A DNA stretch of 64,000 bases from an uncultured virus (IMG/VR IMGVR_UViG_3300046694_000616). Lineage: Duplodnaviria; Heunggongvirae; Uroviricota; Caudoviricetes. The notes below the pieces were generated by a model. It searched no databases, was not told where the DNA came from, and worked only from the letters and a program-made list of their open reading frames with translations. How positions within the stretch are numbered: position 1 is the first letter of the stretch; each line of letters starts with the position of its first letter. Where the stretch lies: IMG/VR virus record IMGVR_UViG_3300046694_000616; one strand, written 5' to 3'. The position numbers and the translations under genes were made by a program. This document shows positions 16,306-25,842 of this stretch, piece by piece.

Positions 16306-18321
16306 ATGCTTCGCCGCAAGATTTCCTCTAACGATAGCCTCGACGGCGTCATCCTCAGCATCGACCCGCGCAGCCAGGGCCCAGCCCATCTGCCGGTCGT
16401 CAAGCCGCAAGTTAAAGTCGCGGCGCTCTCCGGTACCGTTTCACTGAACCCCCGTGGCTTCGGCTTCATCACCGGCGCCGACGGCGAGTCGTATTTCCTG
16501 CGAGCAAATCTCGCGCGATTCCTGCTCACCGGCGACACGGTCCGCTTCATTCCGCTCGAAGGCGGTGATGGCGAGAGCCGTGAAGCCCGTGCGCTCGTCT
16601 CGGTCTCGCGACCCGCGGGGCGCCTGCTGTGCGAAGTGCATCAGGTAGCGGACCTCACGCATCTGGTTCCGGATGACCCGTGCTTCCTTCCGCTGCAGTT
16701 TGCTGGCGCGCAGGGTCTCGAGCTCGTGCCGGGCGACGTCGTGGCTGTACGCGTTCCGGCCTACGAAGGCGCCCCCATCGCGCGGCCGCTGGTCGCGACG
16801 CTCGAGCGCAACCTTGGCGCGCGTTCGCGCCCGGGTTTCGACCTCGATTACGCGCTCGTTCGCTACCAGTTCGACGATGTGATGCCGGAAGACGTCAAGG
16901 CACTGCACGGCCAAGGCGCGAGCCCGGACGAATGGCAGGAGGGCAACACGGCGCCCTTCGTCACCATCGACGGCGAGAGCACGCGCGACTTCGACGACGC
17001 CGTCTACGGCCGCGCGCTGCCGCAGGGTGGCTGGGAGGTTCAGGTGGCCATCGCCGACGTCTCCTGGTACGTTCAGGAAGGCTCCGAACTCGACCAGTGG
17101 TCGGCGAGCCGCTGCACCTCGCTCTACCTCCCGGGTCGCACCTTCCCGATGCTGCCTGAAGCACTGTCGACCGACCGCTGCTCGCTCGTTCCGGGCAAGC
17201 CGCGGCGCGCCGTCGTCCTCAAGCTCGAGCTCGACGCTGCTGGCAACGTGCTCACGAGCTCGATGGAGCGCACGCTCATCGAATCGGCAGCCCGGCTGAC
17301 GTACACGCAGGTGGCCGGCTACATGGCGGACAAGCCGGACGTCCGCTTCGCCATGCCCGTCGAACACAGCCTCCAGGCGCTGACGAATGTCTATCGCGCG
17401 CTCGCCGAGCGCCGCGCGCAGGATGGTCGACTCGACTTTGACGAGCCCGAACCGACCATGGTGCAGGCTGAAGACGGCACGTGGTCGCTGAAGTGGGAAA
17501 GCCGTAACGATGCGCACAAGCTCGTCGAAGAGCTTATGCTGCTCGCGAACCGCACCGCGGCTGCGATGCTCATCAAGCGCTACGGCGCAGGTCTCTTCCG
17601 CTTCCAGCCGGCGCCGGACGCGCAAGCCTGGGGTGAGCTCAGGGAATGGGCGTTCGCGCACAGCTACACGCTGCCCGACGTGCCGAGCCTTCGCGCGATG
17701 TCGGACCTCGTGTCGGCGCAGCCGGATGCCGAGGCGCAGGCCGCTGCGTCGCTCAAGATTCGCTCTGCCATGCAGCCCGCGCGCTATGTGGTCCAGCGCA
17801 GCACGGAGCAAGGTGGTCACTTCTCGCTGAGCGTGGACTGGTACACCCACTTCACGAGCCCGATTCGCCGATACGCCGACCTGCTTGTCCATCGCCTGCT
17901 GCTCGCGCCGGAAGGCCATCAGCTCTCGGCGAAGGACTGGGATGCGCTGTCGCAGCAGGTGGAGCGCTGCTCCGACCGTGCTCACGCGGCGCGTCTGGCT
18001 GAGCGCATGGTCTGGGACCGCCTGAAGCTGCAGAGCTTCATGAGCGCCAATACGACCGAGGACGTCGTGGCGGCGCGTATCGTGCGCACCAACCAGCGTG
18101 GTTTGCGCGTGGTGGTATCCGGGTGGCAGTGCAGTGCCTGGTTGCCCGCTGCCGACCTGCGTGAAAACGGGTACCAGTGGCTCGAGGATGTTTGGGTCGG
18201 TGGCGACCCGGGTGCCGCGCGCGTGCTCAACGAAGGCGTACAGGTTGCAGTTTCCTGGACGTCGCTGTCTCTGGTTCGACCTGCATACCCTGAGCTGCAG
18301 GTGAAGCTAAACAGGGGGTAA
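16306..18321 (+). CDS. rnr: RNase II/RNase R (RNB) family exoribonuclease
   Basis: N-terminal cold-shock domain (GFGFI), TIDGESTRDFDDA active site, HFTSPIRRYADLLVHR, S1-like C-terminus. Confidence 0.9.
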   Translation: MLRRKISSNDSLDGVILSIDPRSQGPAHLPVVKPQVKVAALSGTVSLNPRGFGFITGADGESYFLRANLARFLLTGDTVRFIPLEGGDGESREARALVSVSRPAGRLLCEVHQVADLTHLVPDDPCFLPLQFAGAQGLELVPGDVVAVRVPAYEGAPIARPLVATLERNLGARSRPGFDLDYALVRYQFDDVMPEDVKALHGQGASPDEWQEGNTAPFVTIDGESTRDFDDAVYGRALPQGGWEVQVAIADVSWYVQEGSELDQWSASRCTSLYLPGRTFPMLPEALSTDRCSLVPGKPRRAVVLKLELDAAGNVLTSSMERTLIESAARLTYTQVAGYMADKPDVRFAMPVEHSLQALTNVYRALAERRAQDGRLDFDEPEPTMVQAEDGTWSLKWESRNDAHKLVEELMLLANRTAAAMLIKRYGAGLFRFQPAPDAQAWGELREWAFAHSYTLPDVPSLRAMSDLVSAQPDAEAQAAASLKIRSAMQPARYVVQRSTEQGGHFSLSVDWYTHFTSPIRRYADLLVHRLLLAPEGHQLSAKDWDALSQQVERCSDRAHAARLAERMVWDRLKLQSFMSANTTEDVVAARIVRTNQRGLRVVVSGWQCSAWLPAADLRENGYQWLEDVWVGGDPGAARVLNEGVQVAVSWTSLSLVRPAYPELQVKLNRG

Positions 18322-18324
18322 CCG

Positions 18325-19011
18325 ATGACGGCTATCCCTCTTCAGGCTTCGACTTTCTCGACCCGGCTGACAAGTCTGCTCTCCGGGGTGCTGCTGAGCG
18401 CCATTGCGCTTGCCAGCATCCCGGGCCTCGACTACACGACGCATCTGCCGTTCGGTCTCGAGCGCACCGCGGTCCAGGTGAGTCAGGTATCGGACGCAAA
18501 GCCGGTGCCGCAGCAGCAGAGTTCGCCGTTCAGCCAGAACACGGTCGCGGCGTACCTCTCGCGCGAATGGAACCTCGATAACTCGTACGCAAGCCAGGTG
18601 GCAGCAGCCTTCATCGCGGCGTCCCAGCGGCACGGCGTTGACCCGCTGCTGCTGATGGCGGTGGCGGCAACGGAGTCATCGTTCAAGCACTCGGTGGGCA
18701 ACCCTGGCGGTGGCCAGGACCCCATGAAGCCCTACGGCATCATGCAGGTGGCCGGCCGCTACCATCCGGACCTCTTCCCGGGCGGCACGGTGAAGGCGAC
18801 ATCGGTTCGCGAGAACGTCGACATCGGTGCACAGGTACTCAAGGAATACCTCGCGAACGAGGGCGGCAACGAGCGACGCGCGCTCTTGCGCTACAACGGT
18901 TCGCTCCACGTGAGCGACAAATATTTTCAGCGGGTCAATCAGTTCAAGCGGCGTTTGATGCGCGGCCTGATGACCCAACGCGAAATCGACAGCGACGAAG
19001 AGCCCGCGTAA
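18325..19011 (+). CDS. lytic transglycosylase (SLT domain)
   Basis: N-terminal hydrophobic anchor; VDPLLLMAVAATESSF, GIMQV, ALLRYNG. Confidence 0.9.
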   Translation: MTAIPLQASTFSTRLTSLLSGVLLSAIALASIPGLDYTTHLPFGLERTAVQVSQVSDAKPVPQQQSSPFSQNTVAAYLSREWNLDNSYASQVAAAFIAASQRHGVDPLLLMAVAATESSFKHSVGNPGGGQDPMKPYGIMQVAGRYHPDLFPGGTVKATSVRENVDIGAQVLKEYLANEGGNERRALLRYNGSLHVSDKYFQRVNQFKRRLMRGLMTQREIDSDEEPA

Positions 19012-19040
19012 GCACTTGAGTAAAAAGCAATACCCCGCAG

Positions 19041-19071
19041 ACGGCAGCCCCAACGGCTGCCGTTTTCTTTT
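19041..19071 (+). terminator. intrinsic terminator
   Basis: ACGGCAGCC-ccaac-GGCTGCCGT plus TTTCTTTT. Confidence 0.8.
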
Positions 19072-19136
19072 GCGAGCCCGGGGTTGAGACATGCTGAAAC
19101 AAGATTTTGAAAAGCAGTTGCGAAAACTCGATTTCA

Positions 19137-19145
19137 TGCTATACT
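19137..19145 (+). promoter_or_regulatory. sigma70/sigmaS-type extended -10 (HU gene)
   Basis: TGCTATACT. Confidence 0.45.
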
Positions 19146-19217
19146 ATATTCAATCGCAGTCATCCAAATCTCTGCGAGCTGAAACCAATCACTGGACAAC
19201 CCTGGAGTAACACTAGC

Positions 19218-19505
19218 ATGACCACCCCGACGTTCAACATGAAAGACCTGTCCGATGCAGTCGCCGAGCGTTTCGACCTGACGCATCAAGCCGGCGCTGA
19301 AGTCGCGCGCTTCGTGTTCGACCGCATCAAGGACGAACTGGCAGCGGGCAAGCAAGTACGTCTGCACAAGTTCGGCACGCTCGAAGCCCGCCAGCGCAAG
19401 GCAGGCGTGGCTCGCAATCCGGTGACGGGCGACCGCATCACGGTCCCGGCACGCCGCGTGGTCAAGCTGACGGTTTCGCCGGCACTGAAGGGCTCGCTGC
19501 ACTAA
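19218..19505 (+). CDS. hup: HU/IHF-family DNA-binding protein
   Basis: VRLHKFGTLE, ARNPVTGDRITVPARR, SPALK. Confidence 0.92.
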   Translation: MTTPTFNMKDLSDAVAERFDLTHQAGAEVARFVFDRIKDELAAGKQVRLHKFGTLEARQRKAGVARNPVTGDRITVPARRVVKLTVSPALKGSLH

Positions 19506-19562
19506 GCAGTTCCTCGTTGTAGGCCGGGCGCGTTCTGCGTCCGGCATCTTCCTCATTTCTCG

Positions 19563-19569
19563 CTATACG
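19563..19569 (+). promoter_or_regulatory. CTATACG box
   Basis: 52 nt upstream of ATG 19622. Confidence 0.6.
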
Positions 19570-19621
19570 GTTTATGGCGCCACGAAAGTGGGCCTTAATT
19601 CCCCCATAGAAGGAGCTCCAC

Positions 19622-20383
19622 ATGAAGTTGAAACATCTGGCCGTTGCTGCATTCGTTGGTCTGGGCCTCGTCGGTTCCGCGATGGCGGCTGACAGCCTGG
19701 CTGGCATGAAGGCACTGGCGCAGTCGGAAAACGGCCTGACCGTGTCGGGCGACGTGCATGCGCAATCGTCGTACCAATACCGCGGCATGCAATTCTCGGA
19801 CGGCAACCCGTCCATCGGCGCGAGCATTACCGCGCGTCACTCGTCGGGCCTGTACGGCACCATCGAGAGCGACACGGTGAACCTGACGCCGGGCGCATCG
19901 AACCTCCACCAGCTGCAAAACCAGGTGACGGTCGGTTACGACTTCCGCCTGCCCCACGACGTGACCGTCGGTGGCGGCCTGACCCGCAACATCTTCACGG
20001 GTCAGAACCACATCAACGACCTCTCCTTCAGCGAAGCGTTCGTTGGCGCGGAGTGGAACGGTCTGCGCGTGAAGGTCTCGACGGTCATCGAAAGCGCGAA
20101 CGCGCCCATCGCTGGCTTCCAGACGGGCGACACTTATGGCGAGCTGGGCTACACGTATCACATCGGCCAGTTCAACCTGGGCGGTGACGTCGGCTACGGC
20201 CTGCACAACCACGCCGACGCTGGCGCGAAGAACGGCCTGTCGCTTGCGCAAGTGCGCGTGGGCTACGCGTTCAACGACCACGTCGACGTTGGCGTGACGT
20301 ACCAGTTCGCGGGCAACGATGCGTACGGGTTCACGAACACCGGCACGCACAAGGTCTTCGGCAAGGTCGACTACAAGTTCTGA
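19622..20383 (+). CDS. TorF-family (TIGR02001-like) outer-membrane beta-barrel
   Basis: Signal peptide; SSYQYRGMQFSDGNPSI; amphipathic strands; C-terminal YKF. Confidence 0.8.
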   Translation: MKLKHLAVAAFVGLGLVGSAMAADSLAGMKALAQSENGLTVSGDVHAQSSYQYRGMQFSDGNPSIGASITARHSSGLYGTIESDTVNLTPGASNLHQLQNQVTVGYDFRLPHDVTVGGGLTRNIFTGQNHINDLSFSEAFVGAEWNGLRVKVSTVIESANAPIAGFQTGDTYGELGYTYHIGQFNLGGDVGYGLHNHADAGAKNGLSLAQVRVGYAFNDHVDVGVTYQFAGNDAYGFTNTGTHKVFGKVDYKF

Positions 20384-20407
20384 CCCTTTGTCGGGTGCTG
20401 CACCATG

Positions 20408-20435
20408 AAAAACCCGCCTCTTCGGCGGGTTTTTT
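20408..20435 (+). terminator. intrinsic terminator (bidirectional)
   Basis: AAAAACCCGCC-tcttc-GGCGGGTTTTTT. Confidence 0.85.
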
Positions 20436-20595
20436 GCGTACTCCGCGGTATACCAAAACGTACATTGGTAGGTTTACCAGGGTGTCTGGTCTGCTCCCAT
20501 TTGGCAACTGTTGCGCGATTGCCACTTGACAATCATGTTGAATACAGCCTTGCATTTCGTGCAATTGTCAGACGAATAGACGCGCGTCTGAGCCC

Positions 20596-20622
20596 TAAAG
20601 ATTTGCGGAAGGGCGCCGATAA
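20596..20622 (+). promoter_or_regulatory. sigma28 (FliA)-type promoter
   Basis: TAAAGATT-N11-GCCGATAA upstream of the two-component pair. Confidence 0.72.
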
Positions 20623-20806
20623 TCACAGCTAACTTGCACGATTTTGTTCAGCATTTGTAACAGGTTGCACCCTGGCGCAAGGCGGTTCGGCCGCCATCCG
20701 GTGCACCGGTAGGAGTTGCCGTAATGCCTCGTCGTACAAGTAGAAAACCGTGTTAATCTTTTGTGTTTGAAATGCAGAGGGTCTTGGACCCTCTTGGAAC
20801 GTACGT

Positions 20807-22303
20807 ATGGGTTTGCGGGCGTGGTTCAGAAAGTTTGTTGCCCGGAAGAGCGGTATTGCTGTGGAGTCGTCGACATTCCCTTTCGAAGTATTCTGGCGGT
20901 GGGTTTGCAGTCTCAGGCAGCCCGTGTTGCTTGTTACCGGCGCGAGTGTACTGAAGGTGTTGGCAGCGACTGAGCAAGCGCACGCGCTTCTTGGTTGCCG
21001 TAGTGCAGGGGAAATCGGCAATCTGTTTCATGCCGGGTTGGACCCGCATACGCTGTCGCGCATCCAGATGGCGGTGGCCAACGCGGGCATTATTGTGACT
21101 GACTTGCCTGTCCGGATGCAGACATCGGACAACTATGTGACGGTCAAGGTCTCGGTTTCGGCGTTGCCGGAGTATCCCGAGAAAAATGCAGCGCTGCTGT
21201 TCCTCAAGGACAGCAGGGATGCGTTGTTCCCGTCGTGGTCGAGCATCACGCGGGACCTGCTGTCCTACCTCCCGCATCCGTGCTGGGTGGTGGATTCTGC
21301 GGGCAGCACTGTGTTTTCGAACGCGGCGTATGGCGGCTCGCCGATGGATGTGTTGCGTGCGCGCAGCACACCGGGTCCTCGTGACCCGGATGACTACGAG
21401 CGGCTGGTGGCGCTGCGTACTGACCTGAAAGACCTGCCGTCGCAGGTGCGCAACGGAGACTCGATTTCCTCGCACATCTACGACCTCGAGGTCGACGGTC
21501 GCTGGAACGTGTTGCACTTCCCGCTTCAGAGTCGGGATGGAGATGGGTTCGTCGGCGTGCTGGCGCTCTCACTCGAGCCGGCCGGCGCGGTTCGCCGCGC
21601 CGCCGGAGAGGCAGGTGTGATGGGCCAGGAAGCGCTCACGCAGATGCTGGCAGTAAAGGAAGCCGAGCGCACGATGCTCGCTCGCGAGATACATGACTCG
21701 CTCGGCCAGCAGTTTACGGTGCTCAAGCTGGCGATGCACCGGCTCAGTTCGCTCGTGCTGGGGTCGAACACGGCATTACCAGAAGCCGTGCAGCAGTTTG
21801 ATTCGGTGCGACAGCTCGTCGACTCGCTTGCCAAGGCGGCGCGTCGTATTGCCTTCGAGATGCGAGAGGACTCGGCGGCAATGCAGGGGCTCGCGAACTC
21901 CATCCACGAACTCGTGGCGGAGTTGCGCAGTCGGCTTGGGATTCAGATTCAGTTCGAGCTGGCACCGAGCTTCGTGGAGCCGGAGCAGAAGTTGGCGCAG
22001 AACATGCACCGCAGCGTGCAGGAACTGCTCAACAACGTGAGCAAGCATGCTAAGGCAAGCCGTTGCCTGGTGCGGATGGGCCTGGACAACAGCACGTACT
22101 GGCTCGAAGTGCAGGACAACGGAGTCGGTATACCGACTCACGTGAAAACGCGGTCCATGGGGCTGCGTAGCATGAAAGAACGTGCGGACCTCTACGGCGG
22201 CAAGGTCATTTTCACGACCCGGCCGGAAGTGGATGGGACGCTCGTGCGTATGGAGCTGCCCGAGCGACGTATGCAGCCCGCGGTCACGACCGAGGGTGAG
22301 TAG
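20807..22303 (+). CDS. sensor histidine kinase (PAS-like + HisKA_3 + HATPase_c)
   Basis: LAREIHDSLGQ H-box, ELLNNVSKHA N-box, DNGVG, MGLRSM; start uncertain. Confidence 0.88.
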   Translation: MGLRAWFRKFVARKSGIAVESSTFPFEVFWRWVCSLRQPVLLVTGASVLKVLAATEQAHALLGCRSAGEIGNLFHAGLDPHTLSRIQMAVANAGIIVTDLPVRMQTSDNYVTVKVSVSALPEYPEKNAALLFLKDSRDALFPSWSSITRDLLSYLPHPCWVVDSAGSTVFSNAAYGGSPMDVLRARSTPGPRDPDDYERLVALRTDLKDLPSQVRNGDSISSHIYDLEVDGRWNVLHFPLQSRDGDGFVGVLALSLEPAGAVRRAAGEAGVMGQEALTQMLAVKEAERTMLAREIHDSLGQQFTVLKLAMHRLSSLVLGSNTALPEAVQQFDSVRQLVDSLAKAARRIAFEMREDSAAMQGLANSIHELVAELRSRLGIQIQFELAPSFVEPEQKLAQNMHRSVQELLNNVSKHAKASRCLVRMGLDNSTYWLEVQDNGVGIPTHVKTRSMGLRSMKERADLYGGKVIFTTRPEVDGTLVRMELPERRMQPAVTTEGE

Positions 22304-22350
22304 GGCGGTACAAGTTATTACTACAAGACCAAATCAACGAGGAACATCGG

Positions 22351-22989
22351 GTGACTGTGCCAGAGGTTGTTGTTGTCGATGACCACAGCATGGTGCGCAA
22401 AGGCGTGGCCATGCTTGTGCAGGAATTGGGTTGGGAAGTGGTTTCAGAAGCTGCATCGCTCCAGAGCGCGCGTGTTGCCGTTCGCACCTTGAACTGGTCG
22501 ATGATGGTGCTGGACCTGCAGTTGCCTGACGGAGACGGGTTGGAACTGATTCAGGAATTGCGCTCGGCCGGCTACAAGCAGCCGATTCTCGTGCACAGCC
22601 TGATGCCCGATTCCGCGGCGGCGGGCCGCGTCTTCAAGGTTGGAGGGAGTGGCTTTATTAACAAGACGTGCGACCCGGCGGATTTCCTCGCCGCGTGCCA
22701 GAAGGTGGCCGCCGGCGGCCGATACGTGAGCCCGGAATATGCGGAGGAGCTTGTCATGCAGGCTGGGGGCGCCGCGTCGACCAACCCGCACGAGAAGCTC
22801 TCGGAACGGGAATATCAGGTGATGTGCCAAATCGCCGCCGGCAAGTCGCCGACCGAAGTTGCGGCCGCCATCGGTGTTGAGGTCGGAACCATCTCGACAT
22901 TCCGCGCGCGCATCCTGAAGAAGCTCGGTTTGAAGAACAATCCGGACATCATGCGCTACGCGTTGAGCCGCAAGCTCGTGACCATTTAA
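22351..22989 (+). CDS. NarL/LuxR-family response regulator
   Basis: VDDH, VLDLQLPDGDG, FINK, LSEREYQV HTH. Confidence 0.93.
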   Translation: MTVPEVVVVDDHSMVRKGVAMLVQELGWEVVSEAASLQSARVAVRTLNWSMMVLDLQLPDGDGLELIQELRSAGYKQPILVHSLMPDSAAAGRVFKVGGSGFINKTCDPADFLAACQKVAAGGRYVSPEYAEELVMQAGGAASTNPHEKLSEREYQVMCQIAAGKSPTEVAAAIGVEVGTISTFRARILKKLGLKNNPDIMRYALSRKLVTI

Positions 22990-23005
22990 ACCGGCACAGC
23001 CGGAG

Positions 23006-23029
23006 CGATACCCACCGTGGGTATCGTTT
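23006..23029 (+). terminator. perfect 10-bp inverted repeat; terminator or operator
   Basis: CGATACCCAC-c-GTGGGTATCG followed by TTT, just after the regulator stop. Confidence 0.5.
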
Positions 23030-23142
23030 GAAGGGGGTGTGAGCCGGCGCAGTGGCCCGCGGTCCGGCAGCCTTTGCTTTCCGCAGAACGCGAGAATCAC
23101 CGTTTATCAGGCGCAGCATCGCTCGATGCGGGCCGCCGAACG

Positions 23143-23149
23143 CTATACC
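23143..23149 (+). promoter_or_regulatory. CTATACG-class box (variant CTATACC)
   Basis: 26 nt upstream of ATG 23176. Confidence 0.5.
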
Positions 23150-23175
23150 AATGCAGTCCTCCGGTATACCGTCAA

Positions 23176-25125
23176 ATGTCATCCAAACCCCTATTTCGCC
23201 TCGCCGTGCTCACGGCTGCCCTGGCTGCCAGCGTATCCGCGCTTGCGGCGGACTATTACGTCGTTGTCCCATTGCCTGCGCGCACCGACACGGGTGCCGC
23301 TGACATCTCCGTCGGCCTGAGTGCATTCAATCCGCCCGCGGGTCTCGTGGGCGATGTGTATCCCGGCTTCGACTTCAACCAGGTGTTGCAGGTCACGGGC
23401 GACCAGGCCTTCAACGCAAACAACGTTCGGTGGTACGTCGCGGGCGGCGCGCTGCCCGCCGGGCTCAGCCTGAGCTCGAGCGGCAAGCTTTCCGGCACGC
23501 CGACGGCCGCGGGCTCCTCGAGCTTCGTCATTAAGGCGCTCTACCGGACCAAGTCGGGCACGAACACGTACCAGGTAAGCGTGACGAATCTTCAGGTGAG
23601 CCTTGGCAGTGCGGCATTGCCGAACGCGACCCAGGGCGCGACGTACAGCTACGACATGAAGCCGCGGCTGTCGGTGAGCGGCGACCCTGGCTATTCTCCG
23701 GCCAGCGTCACCTGGAGCCTCGCGAGCGGTGCACTTCCCGCAGGTCTGAGTCTGGGCAGTGATGGCGTCATCACGGGCGTGGCCACCGCCGAAGGCACAT
23801 ACCCGTTCACGGTCCGGGCGGCATACCGCACGCGTTCCGGCGCCCAGAGTTATCAGGTTGTCGTGGGCGCCATCACGGTCGGCTTGCAGAGCGCAACACT
23901 GCCGGATGCAATGCAGGGCACGGCATATAGCTACGACCTGAAGACGCTTCTTAGCATCAGCGGGGACGCCGCCTATTCGACGGGAACCGGCGTGAGCTGG
24001 AGCGTCACGAGCGGTGCGTTGCCCGCGGGGCTGAGCCTTGGCGCAAACGGCGTCATCACGGGAAGTGCGACGGCGGAAGGGACGTTTCCTTTCACTGTGC
24101 AGGCCGTCTACAAGTCCAAATCTGGCACGCAGGCCTACCAGGTCGTCGTTGGCGCCATCACAGTCAGTCTCGCGCAGGCCACGCCGCCGGGCGGTATCGT
24201 GGGCATCGCTTATAACAACGGCACAGGTTTCGACCTGAAGCCGTCGGTGTCGGTGAGCGGCGACGGCGCGTACGCGGGCAGTGGCGCAGGCGTGCAGTGG
24301 AAGGTGCTCAGTGGTAACCTGCCCGCGGGTCTGAGCCTTTCTCTGACCGGAGTCATCACAGGAACCCCGACGACGGCTGCGACTTCGGCAACGGTCCAGG
24401 TGCAGGCTTCGTACAAGGGGAAGGCCGCGACGCAGTCGTACTCGCTGCCCATCACCGGCTCCATCCAGCAGTTCAGCGGCTACCGCGCGTTCGCCGACGG
24501 CACTTACGCGGCAACGTGCAACGGCTACCGCAATCCAGGCGCGCCGCACTACTACCAGGGCGCGACGGGCGACGGCATCTACCGCATCACGCCGGGTGGC
24601 TCGCCGTACGACGTTTACTGCGACATGACGACGAATGGCGGTGGCTACACGGTCATCGAGGCATCGCGCGACTACACCGCGACCGGTGCGACGTTTGTGC
24701 AGGCGCCGGCAGGCTCTCCGCCTGTTCCTGGGGAGGCGAACGGCTCCTATCTGCCAAGCACAGTGGCAATCGCACTGGCGAACCTGTCGAGCGAGGTTCG
24801 CATCGCTGAATACGGCAGCAGCAATGCCATCTGGTCGACCAGCGCAACAATGCTGAATAATCTCCGTCAGGGGTACGTGGCCAACTACAACACATTGGCT
24901 GCCTATGACCCTACGTCGCTGTGGTCCTTTAGCTCTTCGTCCGGGTTCACCCAGCTGAACACCACTGAGAGCATCTACGGACTTACCGGCAGTACATACC
25001 CGAGCATCTACTGGTCGGGCGGCAACTCAAACGGCTTGCACGTGACCGGCGGAAGCGGTGGAGCGAGCAACGCAGCGTGGAAGTACCAGAAGCCGAACGG
25101 CCCGATGTACGTGATGTATCGCTGA
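23176..25125 (+). CDS. secreted Ig-repeat (He_PIG-like x4) protein with fibrinogen-like YCDxxxxGGG C-terminal domain
   Basis: Signal peptide, DYYVVVPLP, four LPAGLSL..G.I/L.G repeats, DGIYRI...VYCDMTTNGGGYT. Confidence 0.85.
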   Translation: MSSKPLFRLAVLTAALAASVSALAADYYVVVPLPARTDTGAADISVGLSAFNPPAGLVGDVYPGFDFNQVLQVTGDQAFNANNVRWYVAGGALPAGLSLSSSGKLSGTPTAAGSSSFVIKALYRTKSGTNTYQVSVTNLQVSLGSAALPNATQGATYSYDMKPRLSVSGDPGYSPASVTWSLASGALPAGLSLGSDGVITGVATAEGTYPFTVRAAYRTRSGAQSYQVVVGAITVGLQSATLPDAMQGTAYSYDLKTLLSISGDAAYSTGTGVSWSVTSGALPAGLSLGANGVITGSATAEGTFPFTVQAVYKSKSGTQAYQVVVGAITVSLAQATPPGGIVGIAYNNGTGFDLKPSVSVSGDGAYAGSGAGVQWKVLSGNLPAGLSLSLTGVITGTPTTAATSATVQVQASYKGKAATQSYSLPITGSIQQFSGYRAFADGTYAATCNGYRNPGAPHYYQGATGDGIYRITPGGSPYDVYCDMTTNGGGYTVIEASRDYTATGATFVQAPAGSPPVPGEANGSYLPSTVAIALANLSSEVRIAEYGSSNAIWSTSATMLNNLRQGYVANYNTLAAYDPTSLWSFSSSSGFTQLNTTESIYGLTGSTYPSIYWSGGNSNGLHVTGGSGGASNAAWKYQKPNGPMYVMYR

Positions 25126-25296
25126 GCTGTGGCGGCCGGGCCGCCAGCTGAATGAAATGAAAATGCCGCGATTGCTCGCGGCGTTGAGTCATGGACGCCG
25201 AAACCCGCAGCACAAACAGCTAGGTTTCTTCGCGACGCTGACACTTCTAAGCCAAGTGGTCTGCGCCATGCTCACACAATTTAGTCGGAGCGCCAA

Positions 25297-25322
25297 TAAA
25301 AAAGCGCCCTGAGAAGGGCGCT
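25297..25322 (-). terminator. intrinsic terminator
   Basis: AGCGCCCT-gaga-AGGGCGCT with the T-run on the - strand. Confidence 0.75.
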
Positions 25323-25343
25323 GAGTGAAGAGAGGGTCGACGC

Positions 25344-25733
25344 TTACGCGAGCACGCCCAGCAGGAAGATGCCCGTCTCGTCGGCCGTTTCTTTTGCCTC
25401 CGACTTGCGCATGCTCCACGGCTGAATCATGTCAGCGCCGGCATCGGTCACGATGCGCCACGCGTTCACGAACCAGCCGCGCTTCAGGTTAAAGCGTTCC
25501 ATGCGGTCCTTCTTGAGATAGCCGACGCGGCTATAACCTTCGGGGCGTGCACGGAACGTTTCGAGAAGCTCGGCACCGCCGTTGTTGCGTAACTGCTGCA
25601 ACAGCGCCTGGTCTTCACCGCTCGTGGTCACCGGATAGATGCCGCAGCACCAGCTCGAAAAGAGTCGGTCTTTCCAGCCGCGTTGGTTTTCCAGTGCGAA
25701 ACGGTTCAGTGCGTTGATTTGGTCGATAGTCAT
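25344..25733 (-). CDS. hypothetical protein
   Basis: GAGGA RBS before MTIDQINAL; own box and terminator. Confidence 0.7.
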   Translation of the reverse strand: MTIDQINALNRFALENQRGWKDRLFSSWCCGIYPVTTSGEDQALLQQLRNNGGAELLETFRARPEGYSRVGYLKKDRMERFNLKRGWFVNAWRIVTDAGADMIQPWSMRKSEAKETADETGIFLLGVLA

Positions 25734-25771
25734 GATGGATTCCTCGCGAAAAAGTTGTTGGCCTACGGTCC

Positions 25772-25778
25772 CGTATAG
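25772..25778 (-). promoter_or_regulatory. CTATACG box
   Basis: 38 nt upstream of ATG 25733. Confidence 0.6.
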
Positions 25779-25796
25779 GACGCGTGAGCCGGAATG

Positions 25797-25821
25797 AAAA
25801 ACCCGGGCAGGTGCCCGGGTT
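25797..25821 (-). terminator. intrinsic terminator
   Basis: AACCCGGGCA/TGCCCGGGTT with the T-run on the - strand. Confidence 0.75.
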
Positions 25822-25842
25822 GCGAGGAGGTTTTGTGTCGAC

